Source: Ideonella sp. (lineage in GTDB: Bacteria; Pseudomonadota; Gammaproteobacteria; Burkholderiales; Burkholderiaceae_C). Taken from it: a stretch of DNA of 64,000 nucleotides. This document shows positions 49,912-60,992 of the stretch, one piece after another. Location of the stretch: contig JADKIA010000026.1 in NCBI GenBank assembly GCA_016721465.1, positions 7,846-71,845 of the forward strand, written 5' to 3'. Under the pieces are notes generated by a model that was not told the origin of the DNA, ran no database searches, and saw only the letters and a list, made by a program, of their open reading frames with translations. Position 1 is the first letter of the stretch; the number at the start of each line of letters is the position of its first letter. The position numbers and the translations under genes were made by a program.

Positions 49912-50958
49912 ATGTCAAACGGCCTGATTCCTGCAACCATCCTGACGGGCTTCCTGGGCAGCGGCAAGACCACGCTGCTCAAGCGCGTGCTCACCGAATC
50001 CCATGGCCAGAAGATCGCCGTGATCGAGAACGAGTTCGGCGAAGAGAACATCGACAACGACATCCTGGTGGCGGACACCAACGAGCAGATCATCCAGATG
50101 AACAACGGCTGCGTCTGCTGCACGATCCGCGAGGACCTGCGCACGACGCTGGCCGACTTGGCCGAAAAGCGCCGCAAGGGCGAGTTGCATTTCGATCGCG
50201 TGGTGATCGAGACCACTGGCCTGGCCGACCCCGGCCCGGTGGCGCAGACCTTCTTCATGGACGACGAGATCGCCGAAAGCTACCTGCTGGACTCGATCCT
50301 GACCCTGGTCGACGCCAAGCACGCCGAAACCCAGCTGGACACCAGGCTCGAAGCACGCCGCCAGATCGGCTTCGCCGACCAGATCTTCATCAGCAAGTCC
50401 GACCTGGTGGGCGAGGCCGAAGTGGACGCGCTGATCCACCGCATCAAGCACATGAACCCGCGCGCGCCGCAGCAGAAGGTGCATTTCGGCGAGGTGCCGA
50501 TCGCCAGCGTGTTCGACCTGCGCGGCTTCAACCTCAACGCCAAGCTCGAGATCGACCCCGAGTTCCTGACCGACGGCGGCCATGGTCACCACCATGATCA
50601 CCATGACCACGACCATGAGCATGGCGAACACTGCGACCACCCGCACCATCACCAGCACGACGACGACGTGAAGTCCTTCGTCTTCCGCTCGGACCGCGCG
50701 TTCAACGCCGCCAAGCTGGAAGACTTTCTCGGCTCGATCGTTCAGGTCTATGGCCCGAAGATGCTGCGCTACAAGGGGGTGCTTTACATGAAGGGCAGTG
50801 ACCGCAAGGTCGTCTTCCAGGGCGTGCACCAGCTCATGGGCAGCGATCTGGGCCCCAAATGGATGCCGGGCGAGAAGAAGATGAGCAAGATGGTGTTCAT
50901 CGGTGTCGACCTGCCGAAGGACATTCTGTTGCACGGTTTGGACGGCTGCCTCGTCTGA
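49912..50958 (+). CDS. COG0523 (CobW/YjiA/ZigA-type) metal-chaperone GTPase with His-rich insert
   Basis: ATG 49912, in frame in ORF 49723..50958. P-loop [11 protein letters not shown], the CxCC motif NGCVCCT, and the His-rich stretch [31 protein letters not shown]. Confidence 0.85.
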   Translation: MSNGLIPATILTGFLGSGKTTLLKRVLTESHGQKIAVIENEFGEENIDNDILVADTNEQIIQMNNGCVCCTIREDLRTTLADLAEKRRKGELHFDRVVIETTGLADPGPVAQTFFMDDEIAESYLLDSILTLVDAKHAETQLDTRLEARRQIGFADQIFISKSDLVGEAEVDALIHRIKHMNPRAPQQKVHFGEVPIASVFDLRGFNLNAKLEIDPEFLTDGGHGHHHDHHDHDHEHGEHCDHPHHHQHDDDVKSFVFRSDRAFNAAKLEDFLGSIVQVYGPKMLRYKGVLYMKGSDRKVVFQGVHQLMGSDLGPKWMPGEKKMSKMVFIGVDLPKDILLHGLDGCLV

Positions 50959-51066
50959 GGCATGCCCGTGGCTACAATCCGCGCGCCCGATTGAGCTGCC
51001 GAATGCCTCGTTGCATGGCAGCCCAAGGTGGATCACAGGTATAACGCCCAAGCGAGGAGACCTGAA

Positions 51067-52032
51067 TTGAGCAAGTCCTCGGCGAAAACACCGCCTCCCG
51101 CCAAACCCGCTGCCAAGCGCAAGGCCGTCAAGCCTGTGCCCGCGCCCGCACCCAAGGCCCCCGCCAAGAAAGCAGCGCCCGTGACCACCGCCAAGAAGTC
51201 CGCCCACTCCCCCGCTCCGGCGGCACCTGCAGCCACCAAGCCGGCGGCCAAGCCCGTACCCAAGTCCGCCGCCAAGGCCGCTGCTGCGCCTGCCGCGGCC
51301 AAGGCAGCACCGTCAAAGGTGGTGGCCCCACCCAAGCTGGTGGCCGTATCCAAACCGGCCGCCGAGCCCAAGGCTGTGGCCTTGCCCAAACCGGTTGCGG
51401 CGCCCAAGCCTCCCGCGAAGGCGGCGCCGGCGCCCAAGTCGTCCAACAAGCCGGGCATCATCCCGGTGCCCTCGGTGCCCCCCGTTCCGATCAATCGTTT
51501 TTCCGAGCGCTTCTCACCTCCGAAGCCTCCTTCCCGTGGATACCCTGAACCGATGGAAACCGTGAAGCCCGCTGTCAAAGCGGACCCGAAACTGATCAAT
51601 GCCTGGAAGACCAAGGCCGGCCGCGATCTGACCGAACCCGAGCTGATGGCCATGCCTGAAGCCGAGTACATGAACGAGAAGCAACTGGAGTTCTTCCGCG
51701 CCCGCCTGCAGGCCCTGAAGGACGATCTGCTGTCCAACGCCGGCGAAACCACCGAGCACCTTCGCGAAGACACCTCCATCGTGCCGGACCCGGCCGACCG
51801 TGCGACGATCGAAGAAGAGCATGCACTCGAGTTGCGCACCCGCGACCGCGAGCGCAAGTTGTTGAAGAAGATCTCGCAATCGCTCACCCGCATCGATTCT
51901 GGCGACTATGGCTTCTGCGACGAGACCGGCGAGCCCATCGGTCTGGGCCGGCTGTTGGCCCGTCCCACGGCGACGCTGTCACTCGAAGCGCAACAGCGGC
52001 GCGAGATGAAGCAGAAGATGTTCGGGGATTGA
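51067..52032 (+). CDS. dksA: RNA polymerase-binding protein DksA with long Ala/Lys/Pro-rich N-terminal extension
   Basis: The C-terminal ~160 aa are canonical DksA: EYMNEKQLEFFRARL, the DxxDxA tip PDPADRATIEEE, LELRTRDRERKLLKKI, and the Zn-finger region FCDETGEPIGLGRLLARPTATLSLEAQ. The best upstream start is TTG 51067 with SD GAGGAG 7 nt upstream. An alternative internal ATG 51553 would give a canonical-length protein. Confidence 0.8.
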   Translation: MSKSSAKTPPPAKPAAKRKAVKPVPAPAPKAPAKKAAPVTTAKKSAHSPAPAAPAATKPAAKPVPKSAAKAAAAPAAAKAAPSKVVAPPKLVAVSKPAAEPKAVALPKPVAAPKPPAKAAPAPKSSNKPGIIPVPSVPPVPINRFSERFSPPKPPSRGYPEPMETVKPAVKADPKLINAWKTKAGRDLTEPELMAMPEAEYMNEKQLEFFRARLQALKDDLLSNAGETTEHLREDTSIVPDPADRATIEEEHALELRTRDRERKLLKKISQSLTRIDSGDYGFCDETGEPIGLGRLLARPTATLSLEAQQRREMKQKMFGD

Positions 52033-52065
52033 AGTCGGTGATCCAGCGCTGAGCACCACGGAACC

Positions 52066-53841
52066 ATGGCCGAACCCAAGGACAACGAGAGCTTCTTCCG
52101 CAAGGTGGTGAAGTTCGTTTCCAATCCGTCCACCGAGTGGTCGGAGATCCATTCGCGCCACGACGAGCTGCGCGACGGCGACCTCGAGAAGTCCGAGCTC
52201 AAGGCCATGGTGGAGCGCAAGCGGCGCAACGACTTCGTGCGCAAGCGCGAGTTCGACACGCTGCGGCGGCTGCGCCGAGAGGGTCTGTCGCCGGAGCAAT
52301 TGGCAGCCTTGGGCGGCTCGTCGCGCATCGACGACTCGGAAGCGCGGATGTCGGAGACCAGCATCCGGCAGGACACCCACGTCAAGGCCAAGATCGACGA
52401 GATCGAGCAGCAGATGGTGGGCGAAGGGTTCCGCAACACCAGCCGTCGCGCCACGGGCAGCTTCAATGCCCCCACCGAACCATTGGCATTTCAGCCGCCC
52501 CACGGCACCAGGCCGGGAGCTGCAGGCCGGCAGGCGGCTGCCGCCCAGGCCGCGAAGCACCAACCCGACGAAGAGCGGCTGCCCGCACTGCCGCCCTTGC
52601 CGGCCTTCGACCCTCCGGTCTCCACGGCGCCCGCACCCGTGACGATGGGCGTGGGCATGGCACCTTTGATCCCGCCCAAGGCTGCGCCCCCGACCGTGTC
52701 GCGCCGGGAAGCCTCGATGGCCAAACCCGAGGCACCGAGCGCGGTGGAAGTGAGCGAGGTCGTGCACGACCCCGAGCTGGACGAATCGGTGATCGCGTTT
52801 GCCAATGCCGACTTCCACCACTGCGAGAGCTCGCTGACGCTGTTGGTCGATGAGGGTGGAAGCCGGCACCAGCACAGCGAGACATGGCATGTGCTGTTTG
52901 ACCTGTATCGGGCCATCGGCCAGCAGGCCAAGTTCGAGAACCGGGCGCTGGACTATGCCAACCTGTTCGGCAGTTCGGCGCCGCAGTGGTTCTCGTTGCC
53001 TCAGTTGGTGGCCAATGCGGCGGCCGAGGAAGTGCCTTCCGCCCCGCGTCAGGTTGGCGAGGTCGGGTGGGCCTGTCCGCCTCAACTGGACGTGGACGCC
53101 GTGGCGCGCCTGCGCTCGACCTTGCTGCAACTGCCGCTGCCCTGGGTGCTGGATTGGTCGGCGCTGAAGGCCATCGATGCCGAGGCCGCCTCGCACCTGA
53201 CTGCGCTGTTCCGCCTGTGGGCACCGCAGCGCGTGGAAATGCGTTGGCTCAGTGGCGATCAGTTGCTCGCCACATTGCAGGAAGCCGCGCCCACGGGCTC
53301 GCGCGACGCCGACCCGGCCTATTGGATGGCTCGCCTCGAAGCCCTGCGCCTGGCCAACCGTCCGGATCAATTCGATGAAGTGGCCATCGACTACTGCGTC
53401 ACCTACGAGGTCTCGCCGCCGTCTTGGGAGCGTGCCGAGTGCGTGGTGCGCATCAGCGGGGCCACGCTGTCCACCAGCACCCCGCCGATGTCCATCATCA
53501 GCGATGTGTCGACCAGTTTCATGGACAGCAACCTGGTCGATGACGGCCAGCAGGCCGTGCAGGTGGCCAGTGTGGAGTTGTCCGGCCAACTGGTGGGCGA
53601 CATCGGGGCCACGCTGAGCAGCCTGGACCAGCGGCTGGGCGCAGCGCCGCTGATCACCGTGTCCTGTGCGCGCCTGATCCGCGTCGATTTCATCGCCGCC
53701 GGCGACCTGCTGAACTGGGTGCTGTCCAAGCGCACCCAGGACCGCGGCGTGACCTTCACCGAATCGCACCGCCTGATCGCGCTGTTCTTCGGCGCCATGG
53801 GCATCAACGAGCACGCACGAGTGCAAGTCCGACGCGATTGA
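52066..53841 (+). CDS. Conserved-looking hypothetical protein: charged N-terminal helix, Pro/Ala linker, two STAS-like C-terminal modules
   Basis: 591-aa ORF with normal composition. The segments [28 protein letters not shown] and [55 protein letters not shown] resemble anti-sigma-antagonist (STAS/MlaB) modules by eye. Confidence 0.6.
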   Translation: MAEPKDNESFFRKVVKFVSNPSTEWSEIHSRHDELRDGDLEKSELKAMVERKRRNDFVRKREFDTLRRLRREGLSPEQLAALGGSSRIDDSEARMSETSIRQDTHVKAKIDEIEQQMVGEGFRNTSRRATGSFNAPTEPLAFQPPHGTRPGAAGRQAAAAQAAKHQPDEERLPALPPLPAFDPPVSTAPAPVTMGVGMAPLIPPKAAPPTVSRREASMAKPEAPSAVEVSEVVHDPELDESVIAFANADFHHCESSLTLLVDEGGSRHQHSETWHVLFDLYRAIGQQAKFENRALDYANLFGSSAPQWFSLPQLVANAAAEEVPSAPRQVGEVGWACPPQLDVDAVARLRSTLLQLPLPWVLDWSALKAIDAEAASHLTALFRLWAPQRVEMRWLSGDQLLATLQEAAPTGSRDADPAYWMARLEALRLANRPDQFDEVAIDYCVTYEVSPPSWERAECVVRISGATLSTSTPPMSIISDVSTSFMDSNLVDDGQQAVQVASVELSGQLVGDIGATLSSLDQRLGAAPLITVSCARLIRVDFIAAGDLLNWVLSKRTQDRGVTFTESHRLIALFFGAMGINEHARVQVRRD

Positions 53842-53899
53842 CCGTCCGCTGCAGTGCGCTGGCACCGCAGCGCCCCGCCTTCTCGAAAGCAAGCTCCTC

Positions 53900-54448
53900 A
53901 TGGAACCCTTCCACGGCACCACCATCGTCAGCGTGCGGCGGCAGACGCCTGCGGGCTGGCAGGTCGCACTCGGCGGCGACGGTCAGGTCACGCTCGGCAA
54001 CATCGTCGTCAAGGCCACGGCACGCAAGGTACGCAGGCTGCATCGGGAGCAGGTCCTGGCCGGATTCGCCGGCGCGACCGCAGACGCATTCACGCTGTTC
54101 GAGCGATTCGAAGCCAAGCTGGAGAAGCATCAGGGCAACCTGGTGCGCGCCGCCATCGAGCTCACCAAGGACTGGCGCACCGACCGTGTGCTGCGCCGCC
54201 TCGAGGCCATGCTGGCCGTGGCCGATCTGGAGACCTCGCTGATCATCACCGGCAATGGCGATGTGCTGGAACCCGAGCAGGGGGTGATCGCCATCGGTTC
54301 GGGCGGCGCCTACGCGCAGGCCGCGGCGCGCGCCTTGCTGGCCCACACCGAACTGAACGCACAGGACATCGTCAAGCAATCGCTGGTGATCGCCGGCGAC
54401 CTGTGCATCTACACCAACCAGAACCACACCATCGAAACACTCGGTTGA
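53900..54448 (+). CDS. hslV: ATP-dependent protease subunit HslV
   Basis: [10 protein letters not shown] (N-terminal Thr nucleophile after processing). Conserved throughout. Confidence 0.95.
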   Translation: MEPFHGTTIVSVRRQTPAGWQVALGGDGQVTLGNIVVKATARKVRRLHREQVLAGFAGATADAFTLFERFEAKLEKHQGNLVRAAIELTKDWRTDRVLRRLEAMLAVADLETSLIITGNGDVLEPEQGVIAIGSGGAYAQAAARALLAHTELNAQDIVKQSLVIAGDLCIYTNQNHTIETLG

Positions 54449-54452
54449 TCCG

Positions 54453-55796
54453 ATGTCCATGACCCCTCAAGAAATCGTCTCCGAACTCGACCGCCACATC
54501 GTCGGCCAGGCGGCAGCCAAGCGCGCCGTGGCCATTGCCTTGCGCAACCGCTGGCGCCGGCAGCAGGTGAGCGAGGCACTGCGGGCCGAGATCACGCCCA
54601 AGAACATCCTGATGATCGGCCCCACCGGCGTGGGCAAGACCGAGATCGCGCGGCGCCTGGCCCGGCTGGCCGACGCGCCCTTCATCAAGGTGGAGGCCAC
54701 GAAGTTCACCGAGGTGGGCTATGTCGGAAAGGACGTGGACACGATCATCCGCGATCTGGTGGACATGGCTGTCAAGCAGGAGCGAGAGGCGGCCATCAAG
54801 CGCCAGCGCGTGCGCGCCGAAGACGCCGCCGAGGAGCGCATCCTCGACGCGCTGGTGCCGCCGCCTCGCGATTCGCGCGGCGAGATCGGCTTCGGCGCCG
54901 GCGCCGCGCCGGCACCTGAGAACACCGCGCGCCAGGTGATGCGCAAGCGCCTGCGCGAGGGACTGCTCGACGACAAGGAAATCGAGCTCGACATCGCCGA
55001 GCCGCGCAGTGCCATGGAGATCATGACACCGCCCGGCATGGAGGAGATGGCCGAGCAGCTCAAAGGCATGTTCTCGCAGCTGGGCGCGAGCAAGACCAAG
55101 ACCCGCAAGCTCAGGATCGCCGAGGCGCAGAGGCTGCTGGTGGACGAAGAGGCCGCCAAACTCGTCAACGACGAGGACATCAAGAGCGCCGCCCTGGCCA
55201 ATGCCGAGAACAACGGCATCGTGTTCATCGACGAGATCGACAAGGTGACTTCACGCTCGGACCATGGGGGCGCGGAGGTGTCACGTCAGGGCGTGCAGCG
55301 CGACCTGTTGCCACTGGTGGAGGGCACCACCGTGACCACCAAGCACGGCATGGTGCGCACCGACCACATCCTGTTCATCGCCTCGGGTGCCTTCCACCTG
55401 GCCAAGCCCAGCGACCTGATCCCGGAGCTGCAGGGGCGTTTCCCGATCCGGGTGGAGCTGGGCTCGCTGTCGGTGGACGATTTCGAGGCCATCCTCACCA
55501 GCACGCACGCCAGCCTGATCAAGCAGTACCAGGCCCTGCTCGCCACCGAAGGCGTGACGCTCGAGGTGGCGCCGGAAGGCGTGCGCAGGCTGGCGCAGAT
55601 CGCCTACGACGTGAACGAGCGCACCGAGAACATCGGCGCCCGCCGTCTGGCCACGGTGATGGAGCGCCTGCTGGACGAAATCAGCTTCGATGCGCCGCGG
55701 CTTTCCGGGCAGACCGTGCGCATCGATGCCACCGCCGTCGACGCCAAGTTGGCCGAGCTGTCGCGCAACGAGGATTTGTCGCGATTCATCCTCTGA
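54453..55796 (+). CDS. hslU: ATP-dependent protease ATPase subunit HslU
   Basis: [17 protein letters not shown], Walker [16 protein letters not shown] and [10 protein letters not shown]. Confidence 0.95.
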   Translation: MSMTPQEIVSELDRHIVGQAAAKRAVAIALRNRWRRQQVSEALRAEITPKNILMIGPTGVGKTEIARRLARLADAPFIKVEATKFTEVGYVGKDVDTIIRDLVDMAVKQEREAAIKRQRVRAEDAAEERILDALVPPPRDSRGEIGFGAGAAPAPENTARQVMRKRLREGLLDDKEIELDIAEPRSAMEIMTPPGMEEMAEQLKGMFSQLGASKTKTRKLRIAEAQRLLVDEEAAKLVNDEDIKSAALANAENNGIVFIDEIDKVTSRSDHGGAEVSRQGVQRDLLPLVEGTTVTTKHGMVRTDHILFIASGAFHLAKPSDLIPELQGRFPIRVELGSLSVDDFEAILTSTHASLIKQYQALLATEGVTLEVAPEGVRRLAQIAYDVNERTENIGARRLATVMERLLDEISFDAPRLSGQTVRIDATAVDAKLAELSRNEDLSRFIL

Positions 55797-55814
55797 CGCC
55801 GGCCGGCACAGAGG

Positions 55815-56582
55815 CTACAAGGCCAAGCGGTGCGCCTGCAGCGCCAGCAGGCCCTCAAAGACCAGTGACTCGATCAACTCGTGCTCGATTTCGAGCGCCG
55901 GCCCGACCTTCCAGCCTGCGCCGCCGGTCATCAGTGTGAGCGGTGGCGCGCCACATCGGCGCGTCAGGTGTCGGTGCATGCGCTCGATGGCGCCGGTGAT
56001 GGCGTAAGTGCCGCCACTGGTCAGGCCATCGCTGGTGTTGGTGGGGAATTCCACCACCTCGCCCGTTGGCACGCGCAGGCCGGCGGTGCCGCTCTCCAGT
56101 GCGCGCAGCATGATGCCGTGGCCGGGCAGGATCAAGCCGCCCAGGAAGCGTCCGTTGGCGTCCAGCGCATCCACCGTGACGGCGGTGCCGATCATCACCA
56201 CCAGCGTGGGCAAGTTCAGGCCTCGGGCCCTCACCAGGTGGCGTGCGCCGATCTGTGCCACGAAACGATCCGCGCCCAGCCGACCAGGGTAGTCGTAGCC
56301 ATTGACCACGCCGCCGTCGTGTGCGCTGCTGGCCACCCAGCGTGGCTCGACATCCCACAGCTCCAGTTGCTCTTCCACCCGTCGCCGCACGGCGTCGCCT
56401 GCAACGTTGCAGCCCAGCATGCTGCCTGGCGCCGACAACTGCTTCCACTCATTCTCGGCAAGCTGGTCGATGTTCTCCAGGAACACCGCTCCATGGGCCA
56501 GCAGCGGCGCGCCCGGCTGCGGCGAGGCATACCGCGCCCACTTCAGGCGCGTGTTGCCGATGTCGATGGCGAAGAAGCCCAT
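55815..56582 (-). CDS. coaX: Type III pantothenate kinase
   Basis: [15 protein letters not shown]-terminus, [10 protein letters not shown] and GGAG near the C-terminus. Confidence 0.9.
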   Translation of the reverse strand: MGFFAIDIGNTRLKWARYASPQPGAPLLAHGAVFLENIDQLAENEWKQLSAPGSMLGCNVAGDAVRRRVEEQLELWDVEPRWVASSAHDGGVVNGYDYPGRLGADRFVAQIGARHLVRARGLNLPTLVVMIGTAVTVDALDANGRFLGGLILPGHGIMLRALESGTAGLRVPTGEVVEFPTNTSDGLTSGGTYAITGAIERMHRHLTRRCGAPPLTLMTGGAGWKVGPALEIEHELIESLVFEGLLALQAHRLAL

Positions 56583-56681
56583 GTCCGCTAGCGTATCAGG
56601 ACGCCTTGTCGCGATGGCCCTGCCGCCTCAGCGTTAACCCGAGGCGCCGGCTGCCCCGCGGCGCATCCGCGACAATCGGCC

Positions 56682-58208
56682 ATGACGAGCCCCACACTGA
56701 TCATCACCCAGAGCTTCAGCGATGCCGACGCCGCGTTGGCGCACGCGACCACCATCTACGAGAGCGGCATCGCGCACTTGCGCCAGAGCTTGCAGGACTT
56801 CGTGGCGGGGCAGAGCCCGAGCGGGCGGGTGCGCGCCTGCTACCCCTTCGTGCGGGTGCGCACCGACACCGTGGCGCGTGCCGATTCGCGCCTGTCCTTC
56901 GGCTTTGTCGCCGGGCCGGGCGTCTACGAAACCACGTTGACCCGTCCTGACCTGTTCGCCAACTACTACCGCGAGCAGTTCACGCTGCTGCTGCAGAACC
57001 ACGGCGGGCCGATCGAGGTGGGCATGTCGCGGCAGCCGATCCCGATCCACTTCTCCTTCGCGCAGCACGACCACGTCGAAGGCACCATGTCGGCCGAGCG
57101 TCGCATGCTGATGCGCGACCTCTTCGACCTGCCCGATCTGGCCGCCATGGACGACGGCATTGCCAACGGCACTTTCGAGCCCGGGCCGCGCGACCCGCTG
57201 CCCCTGTCGCTGTTCACCGCGCCACGGGTGGACTACTCGCTGCACCGCCTGCGCCACTACACCGGCACCACGCCGGAGCACTTCCAGAACTTCGTGCTGT
57301 TCACCAACTACCAGTTCTACATCGACGAGTTCGTGCGCCTGGGCCACGAGATGATGGCCAAGCCACACGGCCAAGGCGGCTTGCTGGGCGACTGGCCCAA
57401 GCACACGCTGGACAGCGATGCCTACATCGCCTTTGTCGAGCCGGGCAACGTGGTCACCCGACGGGCCGGCCACGCCGCCGATGCGGGCGATGCCTTCGGC
57501 GCCGCCCCGCCGCGTCCACCGCAGATGCCTGCCTATCACCTCATCAGAGCGGACGGCAGTGGCATCACCATGGTCAACATCGGTGTGGGCCCGGCCAACG
57601 CCAAGAACATCTCCGATCACATTGCCGTGCTTCGCCCGCACGCCTGGCTGATGCTGGGCCATTGCGCCGGCCTGCGCAACACGCAGCAACTGGGCGACTA
57701 CGTACTGGCCCACGGCTATGTGCGCGAGGACCATGTGCTGGACGAGGAACTGCCGCTGTGGGTGCCGATCCCGCCACTGGCCGAGGTGCAGCAGGCCTTG
57801 GAAGAGGCCGTGGCCGACGTCACCCAGCTCAAGGGCTTCGAGTTGAAAAGGATCCTGCGCACGGGCACGGTGGCCTCCACCGACAACCGCAACTGGGAAT
57901 TGCTGCCGCACCCGGGCCCGGAGCGCCGCTTCAGCCAGAGCCGCGCGGTGGCGCTGGACATGGAAAGCGCCACGATTGCCGCCAATGGCTTCCGCTTCCG
58001 GGTGCCCTACGGCACCCTGTTGTGTGTCAGCGACAAGCCGCTGCACGGCGAGATCAAGCTGCCGGGCATGGCCAATGCCTTTTACCGCGAGCGGGTGGAC
58101 CAGCACCTGCGCATCGGCATGCGTGCCATCGAGTTGCTGCGCAAGCAGCGGCTCGATCAGTTGCACAGTCGCAAGCTGCGCAGCTTTGCGGAAGTGGCGT
58201 TCCAGTAG
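56682..58208 (+). CDS. amn: AMP nucleosidase
   Basis: 508 aa. N-terminal regulatory domain plus a PNP/UDP phosphorylase-type catalytic domain (GITMVNIGVGPANAKN, AVALDMESATIAANG). Confidence 0.85.
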   Translation: MTSPTLIITQSFSDADAALAHATTIYESGIAHLRQSLQDFVAGQSPSGRVRACYPFVRVRTDTVARADSRLSFGFVAGPGVYETTLTRPDLFANYYREQFTLLLQNHGGPIEVGMSRQPIPIHFSFAQHDHVEGTMSAERRMLMRDLFDLPDLAAMDDGIANGTFEPGPRDPLPLSLFTAPRVDYSLHRLRHYTGTTPEHFQNFVLFTNYQFYIDEFVRLGHEMMAKPHGQGGLLGDWPKHTLDSDAYIAFVEPGNVVTRRAGHAADAGDAFGAAPPRPPQMPAYHLIRADGSGITMVNIGVGPANAKNISDHIAVLRPHAWLMLGHCAGLRNTQQLGDYVLAHGYVREDHVLDEELPLWVPIPPLAEVQQALEEAVADVTQLKGFELKRILRTGTVASTDNRNWELLPHPGPERRFSQSRAVALDMESATIAANGFRFRVPYGTLLCVSDKPLHGEIKLPGMANAFYRERVDQHLRIGMRAIELLRKQRLDQLHSRKLRSFAEVAFQ

Positions 58209-58346
58209 GCCGCGGCAGGTCGTGCCACTTGTTTGCGCCAGCGCAAGCGAGGTCCAAACGGCGCGGCTCGTGCGGCGTGGCAGGGCCCGGGAAGGCGCCT
58301 GGCAGCACTAAAATGCTGCGGTGCAACATTTTATCCCGGAGGGATC

Positions 58347-59162
58347 ATGAATCTATCGAACAGGGTCGCCGTCATCACTGGCGGTGCAAGCGGCATCGGC
58401 CGCGCCGTGGCTGCTGCCATGGCACAGCGGGATGTGACGGCGGTGGCGCTCGTCGACATGAGCGAGGCGGTCGAAGACGTCGCCGCCAAGCTCAATGCCG
58501 AAGCTGGTCGCACCTTCGCCCTGCCCTTCCATGGCGACACCACCGACGAGAAGTTCCGTGCATCGGTCTTCGATTCGATCAGCAGCCAGTACGGCCAGGT
58601 TTCGTTGTGCGTGCCCGCCGCGGGCATCACCCGCGACGAACTGGCGGTGCGCGTCGACAAGGTGACGGGCAAGGCGCGCATCTACCCGCTTGAACAATTC
58701 AAGCTGGTCGTCGACGTGAACCTCATCGCACCCGTGTACTGGGCGCTGGAAATGATCGGGCGCATCGCCGAGGATCGCGCGGCCAAGGGCCTGAAACGCT
58801 GGACGGCCGACGAGCACATCCAGGGCTCGGTGGTGTTCATCGGCTCGATCTCGTCGCAGGGCAATCGAGGCCAGATCTCCTATGCCAGCACCAAGGCGGG
58901 CATCGAAGGCGCCGCGGCAACGATCATGAAGGAGGCGATGTTCTACGGCGTGCGTTGCAGTGTCATCCACCCCGGCTTCACCGACACGCCGATGGTCCGC
59001 TCGATGGGCGTGGACTACGTGGCGAAGAACATCCTGCCGTTCACCCAGCTCGGCCGGCTGATCCAGCCTGACGAAATCGCCGACGCGATCTGCTTCATGC
59101 TCGGCAGTTCGGCCGTCAGCGGCGAACTCTGGGTCGATGCAGGTTGGCACGCGCCGGCCTAG
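58347..59162 (+). CDS. Short-chain dehydrogenase/reductase (SDR) family oxidoreductase
   Basis: SD GGAGGG then ATG 58347. VAVITGGASGIGRA, a catalytic S...YxxxK (ISYASTKAG) and IHPGFTDTPM. Confidence 0.85.
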   Translation: MNLSNRVAVITGGASGIGRAVAAAMAQRDVTAVALVDMSEAVEDVAAKLNAEAGRTFALPFHGDTTDEKFRASVFDSISSQYGQVSLCVPAAGITRDELAVRVDKVTGKARIYPLEQFKLVVDVNLIAPVYWALEMIGRIAEDRAAKGLKRWTADEHIQGSVVFIGSISSQGNRGQISYASTKAGIEGAAATIMKEAMFYGVRCSVIHPGFTDTPMVRSMGVDYVAKNILPFTQLGRLIQPDEIADAICFMLGSSAVSGELWVDAGWHAPA

Positions 59163-59218
59163 CGCTGCTCTACCATCACCCCACCGGAATCGTCAACGCA
59201 ACGCGTCGAGTGGAAGAC

Positions 59219-60964
59219 ATGACCAAGAAGATCAGCACTGCCCCCACCACCCAGGACATCGACCGGGACTTCCGCGCCCAGGTGGCGCAGATGACCTCCG
59301 GCCTGGCTCCGACGGCCTTCACCACCGCCTGGGCGGACTGGGCGATGCACCTGGCCTTGTCGCCGGCCAAGCAAAGCGAGCTGCAACAGCACGCGCTCGA
59401 GCGCCTGCAGGACACGTTGACCTTCGGACTTCGCGCGTTGGGTGGGGCACCAGTGGCGCCTTCCGAGAGCTTTGCCGGAAAGCCCGATCGGCGCTTCGAA
59501 GGACAAGATTGGACGAACTTCCCCTTCAACGTCTATGCACGCGCCTACCAGAACAGCGTGGCGCTGATGAACGAGGCAGTGCGTGATGTCGGAGGGGTCA
59601 CCGACTACCACGGCCAGCTGGTGGAGTTTTCGGTGCGCATGCTGCTCGATGCAGCGTCGCCGTCAAACTACCTGGCGTCGAATCCGGAGTTGCTGGCACA
59701 GACCCAGTCCGAGCAAGGGCAGAACCTGGTGCGCGGCTTCAAGCACGTGATCGAAGACATCGACCGCACGCTCAAAGGGGCCGCACCGGCGGGCACCAAT
59801 GAGTTCGAGGTCGGCAAGAACGTTGCGGTGACCCCCGGCAAGGTGGTGTTCCGCAATGAGCTGGTCGAGGTTCTCCAGTACGAGCCGACGACCAAGACAG
59901 TCTGCGCAGAGCCGATCCTGATCGTGCCGGCCTGGATCATGAAGTACTACATCCTCGACCTGAGCCCGCGCAATTCGATGGTGAAGTACCTGGTCGACCA
60001 GGGCCACACGGTGTTCATGATGTCGTGGAAGAACCCCGACGAGAGCGACCGCGACATCGGCATGGACGACTATGTCGAGAAGGGATTCCGCGCCGCGCTC
60101 GACGCCGTCACCGCCATCGTGCCGAAACGCAAGGTGCATGCCGTGGGCTACTGCATTGGCGGCACCTTGCTCGCGATCGGCGCCGCCGCACTGGCGCGCG
60201 ACAAGGACGAACGCCTGGCCTCGATCACGATGTTTGCTGCGCAGACCGATTTCTCCGAGCCCGGCGAGCTGGCCTTCTTCATCAACCCGAGCCAGTTGGC
60301 GACGCTCGAGGCCACGATGCACCGCAAGGGCGTGCTCGAGAGCAAGCAGATGGGCGGCGCCTTCGCGATGCTGCGCTCGCAGGACCTGCTGTGGCAGCCC
60401 ATCATCAACCAGTACCTGAAGGGCCAGCGCGACCGGATGATCGACCTGATGGCCTGGAACGCCGACGGCACGCGCATGCCCTGGCGCATGCACACCGAGT
60501 ACCTGTACAGGCTCTACCTCGACAACGAACTGGGCACGAACCGCTTTCCGGTCGGCGGCAAGCTGATCCGGCTGTCGGACATCCGCGTGCCGATGTTCGT
60601 GGTGGGCACCGAGGCGGATCACGTCGCGCCGTGGAAGTCGGTCTACAAGGTGGACAACCTGGTTCGCTCCGACGACCTCACCTTCCTGCTCACCGCTGGT
60701 GGCCACAACGCGGGCATCGTGGCCGGCCCCGTCCATCCCAAACGCCACTACCGCATCCGCACGCGCCGGCTGGTCGACCCGCATCTGGCACCCGAGGACT
60801 GGATGGAAGACGCCACGAAACACGATGGATCCTGGTGGCCGGCATGGCAGGGATGGCTGGTCGCACATTCCAGCGGCCAGGGCAAGCCGCCTGCCATGGG
60901 CGCCGCGGGCAAGGCCTATCGCGTCGTCGACGACGCCCCGGGCGCGTACGTGCGACAGCGCTAG
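59219..60964 (+). CDS. phaC: Class I poly(3-hydroxyalkanoate) synthase
   Basis: ATG 59219 (25 codons trimmed). Lipase-box Cys in HAVGYCIGGTL, ILIVPAWIMKYYILDL, WNADGTRMP and GGHNAGIV. Confidence 0.9.
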   Translation: MTKKISTAPTTQDIDRDFRAQVAQMTSGLAPTAFTTAWADWAMHLALSPAKQSELQQHALERLQDTLTFGLRALGGAPVAPSESFAGKPDRRFEGQDWTNFPFNVYARAYQNSVALMNEAVRDVGGVTDYHGQLVEFSVRMLLDAASPSNYLASNPELLAQTQSEQGQNLVRGFKHVIEDIDRTLKGAAPAGTNEFEVGKNVAVTPGKVVFRNELVEVLQYEPTTKTVCAEPILIVPAWIMKYYILDLSPRNSMVKYLVDQGHTVFMMSWKNPDESDRDIGMDDYVEKGFRAALDAVTAIVPKRKVHAVGYCIGGTLLAIGAAALARDKDERLASITMFAAQTDFSEPGELAFFINPSQLATLEATMHRKGVLESKQMGGAFAMLRSQDLLWQPIINQYLKGQRDRMIDLMAWNADGTRMPWRMHTEYLYRLYLDNELGTNRFPVGGKLIRLSDIRVPMFVVGTEADHVAPWKSVYKVDNLVRSDDLTFLLTAGGHNAGIVAGPVHPKRHYRIRTRRLVDPHLAPEDWMEDATKHDGSWWPAWQGWLVAHSSGQGKPPAMGAAGKAYRVVDDAPGAYVRQR

Positions 60965-60992
60965 CGCGCTGAAAACCGCGGCCGAATGCGCC

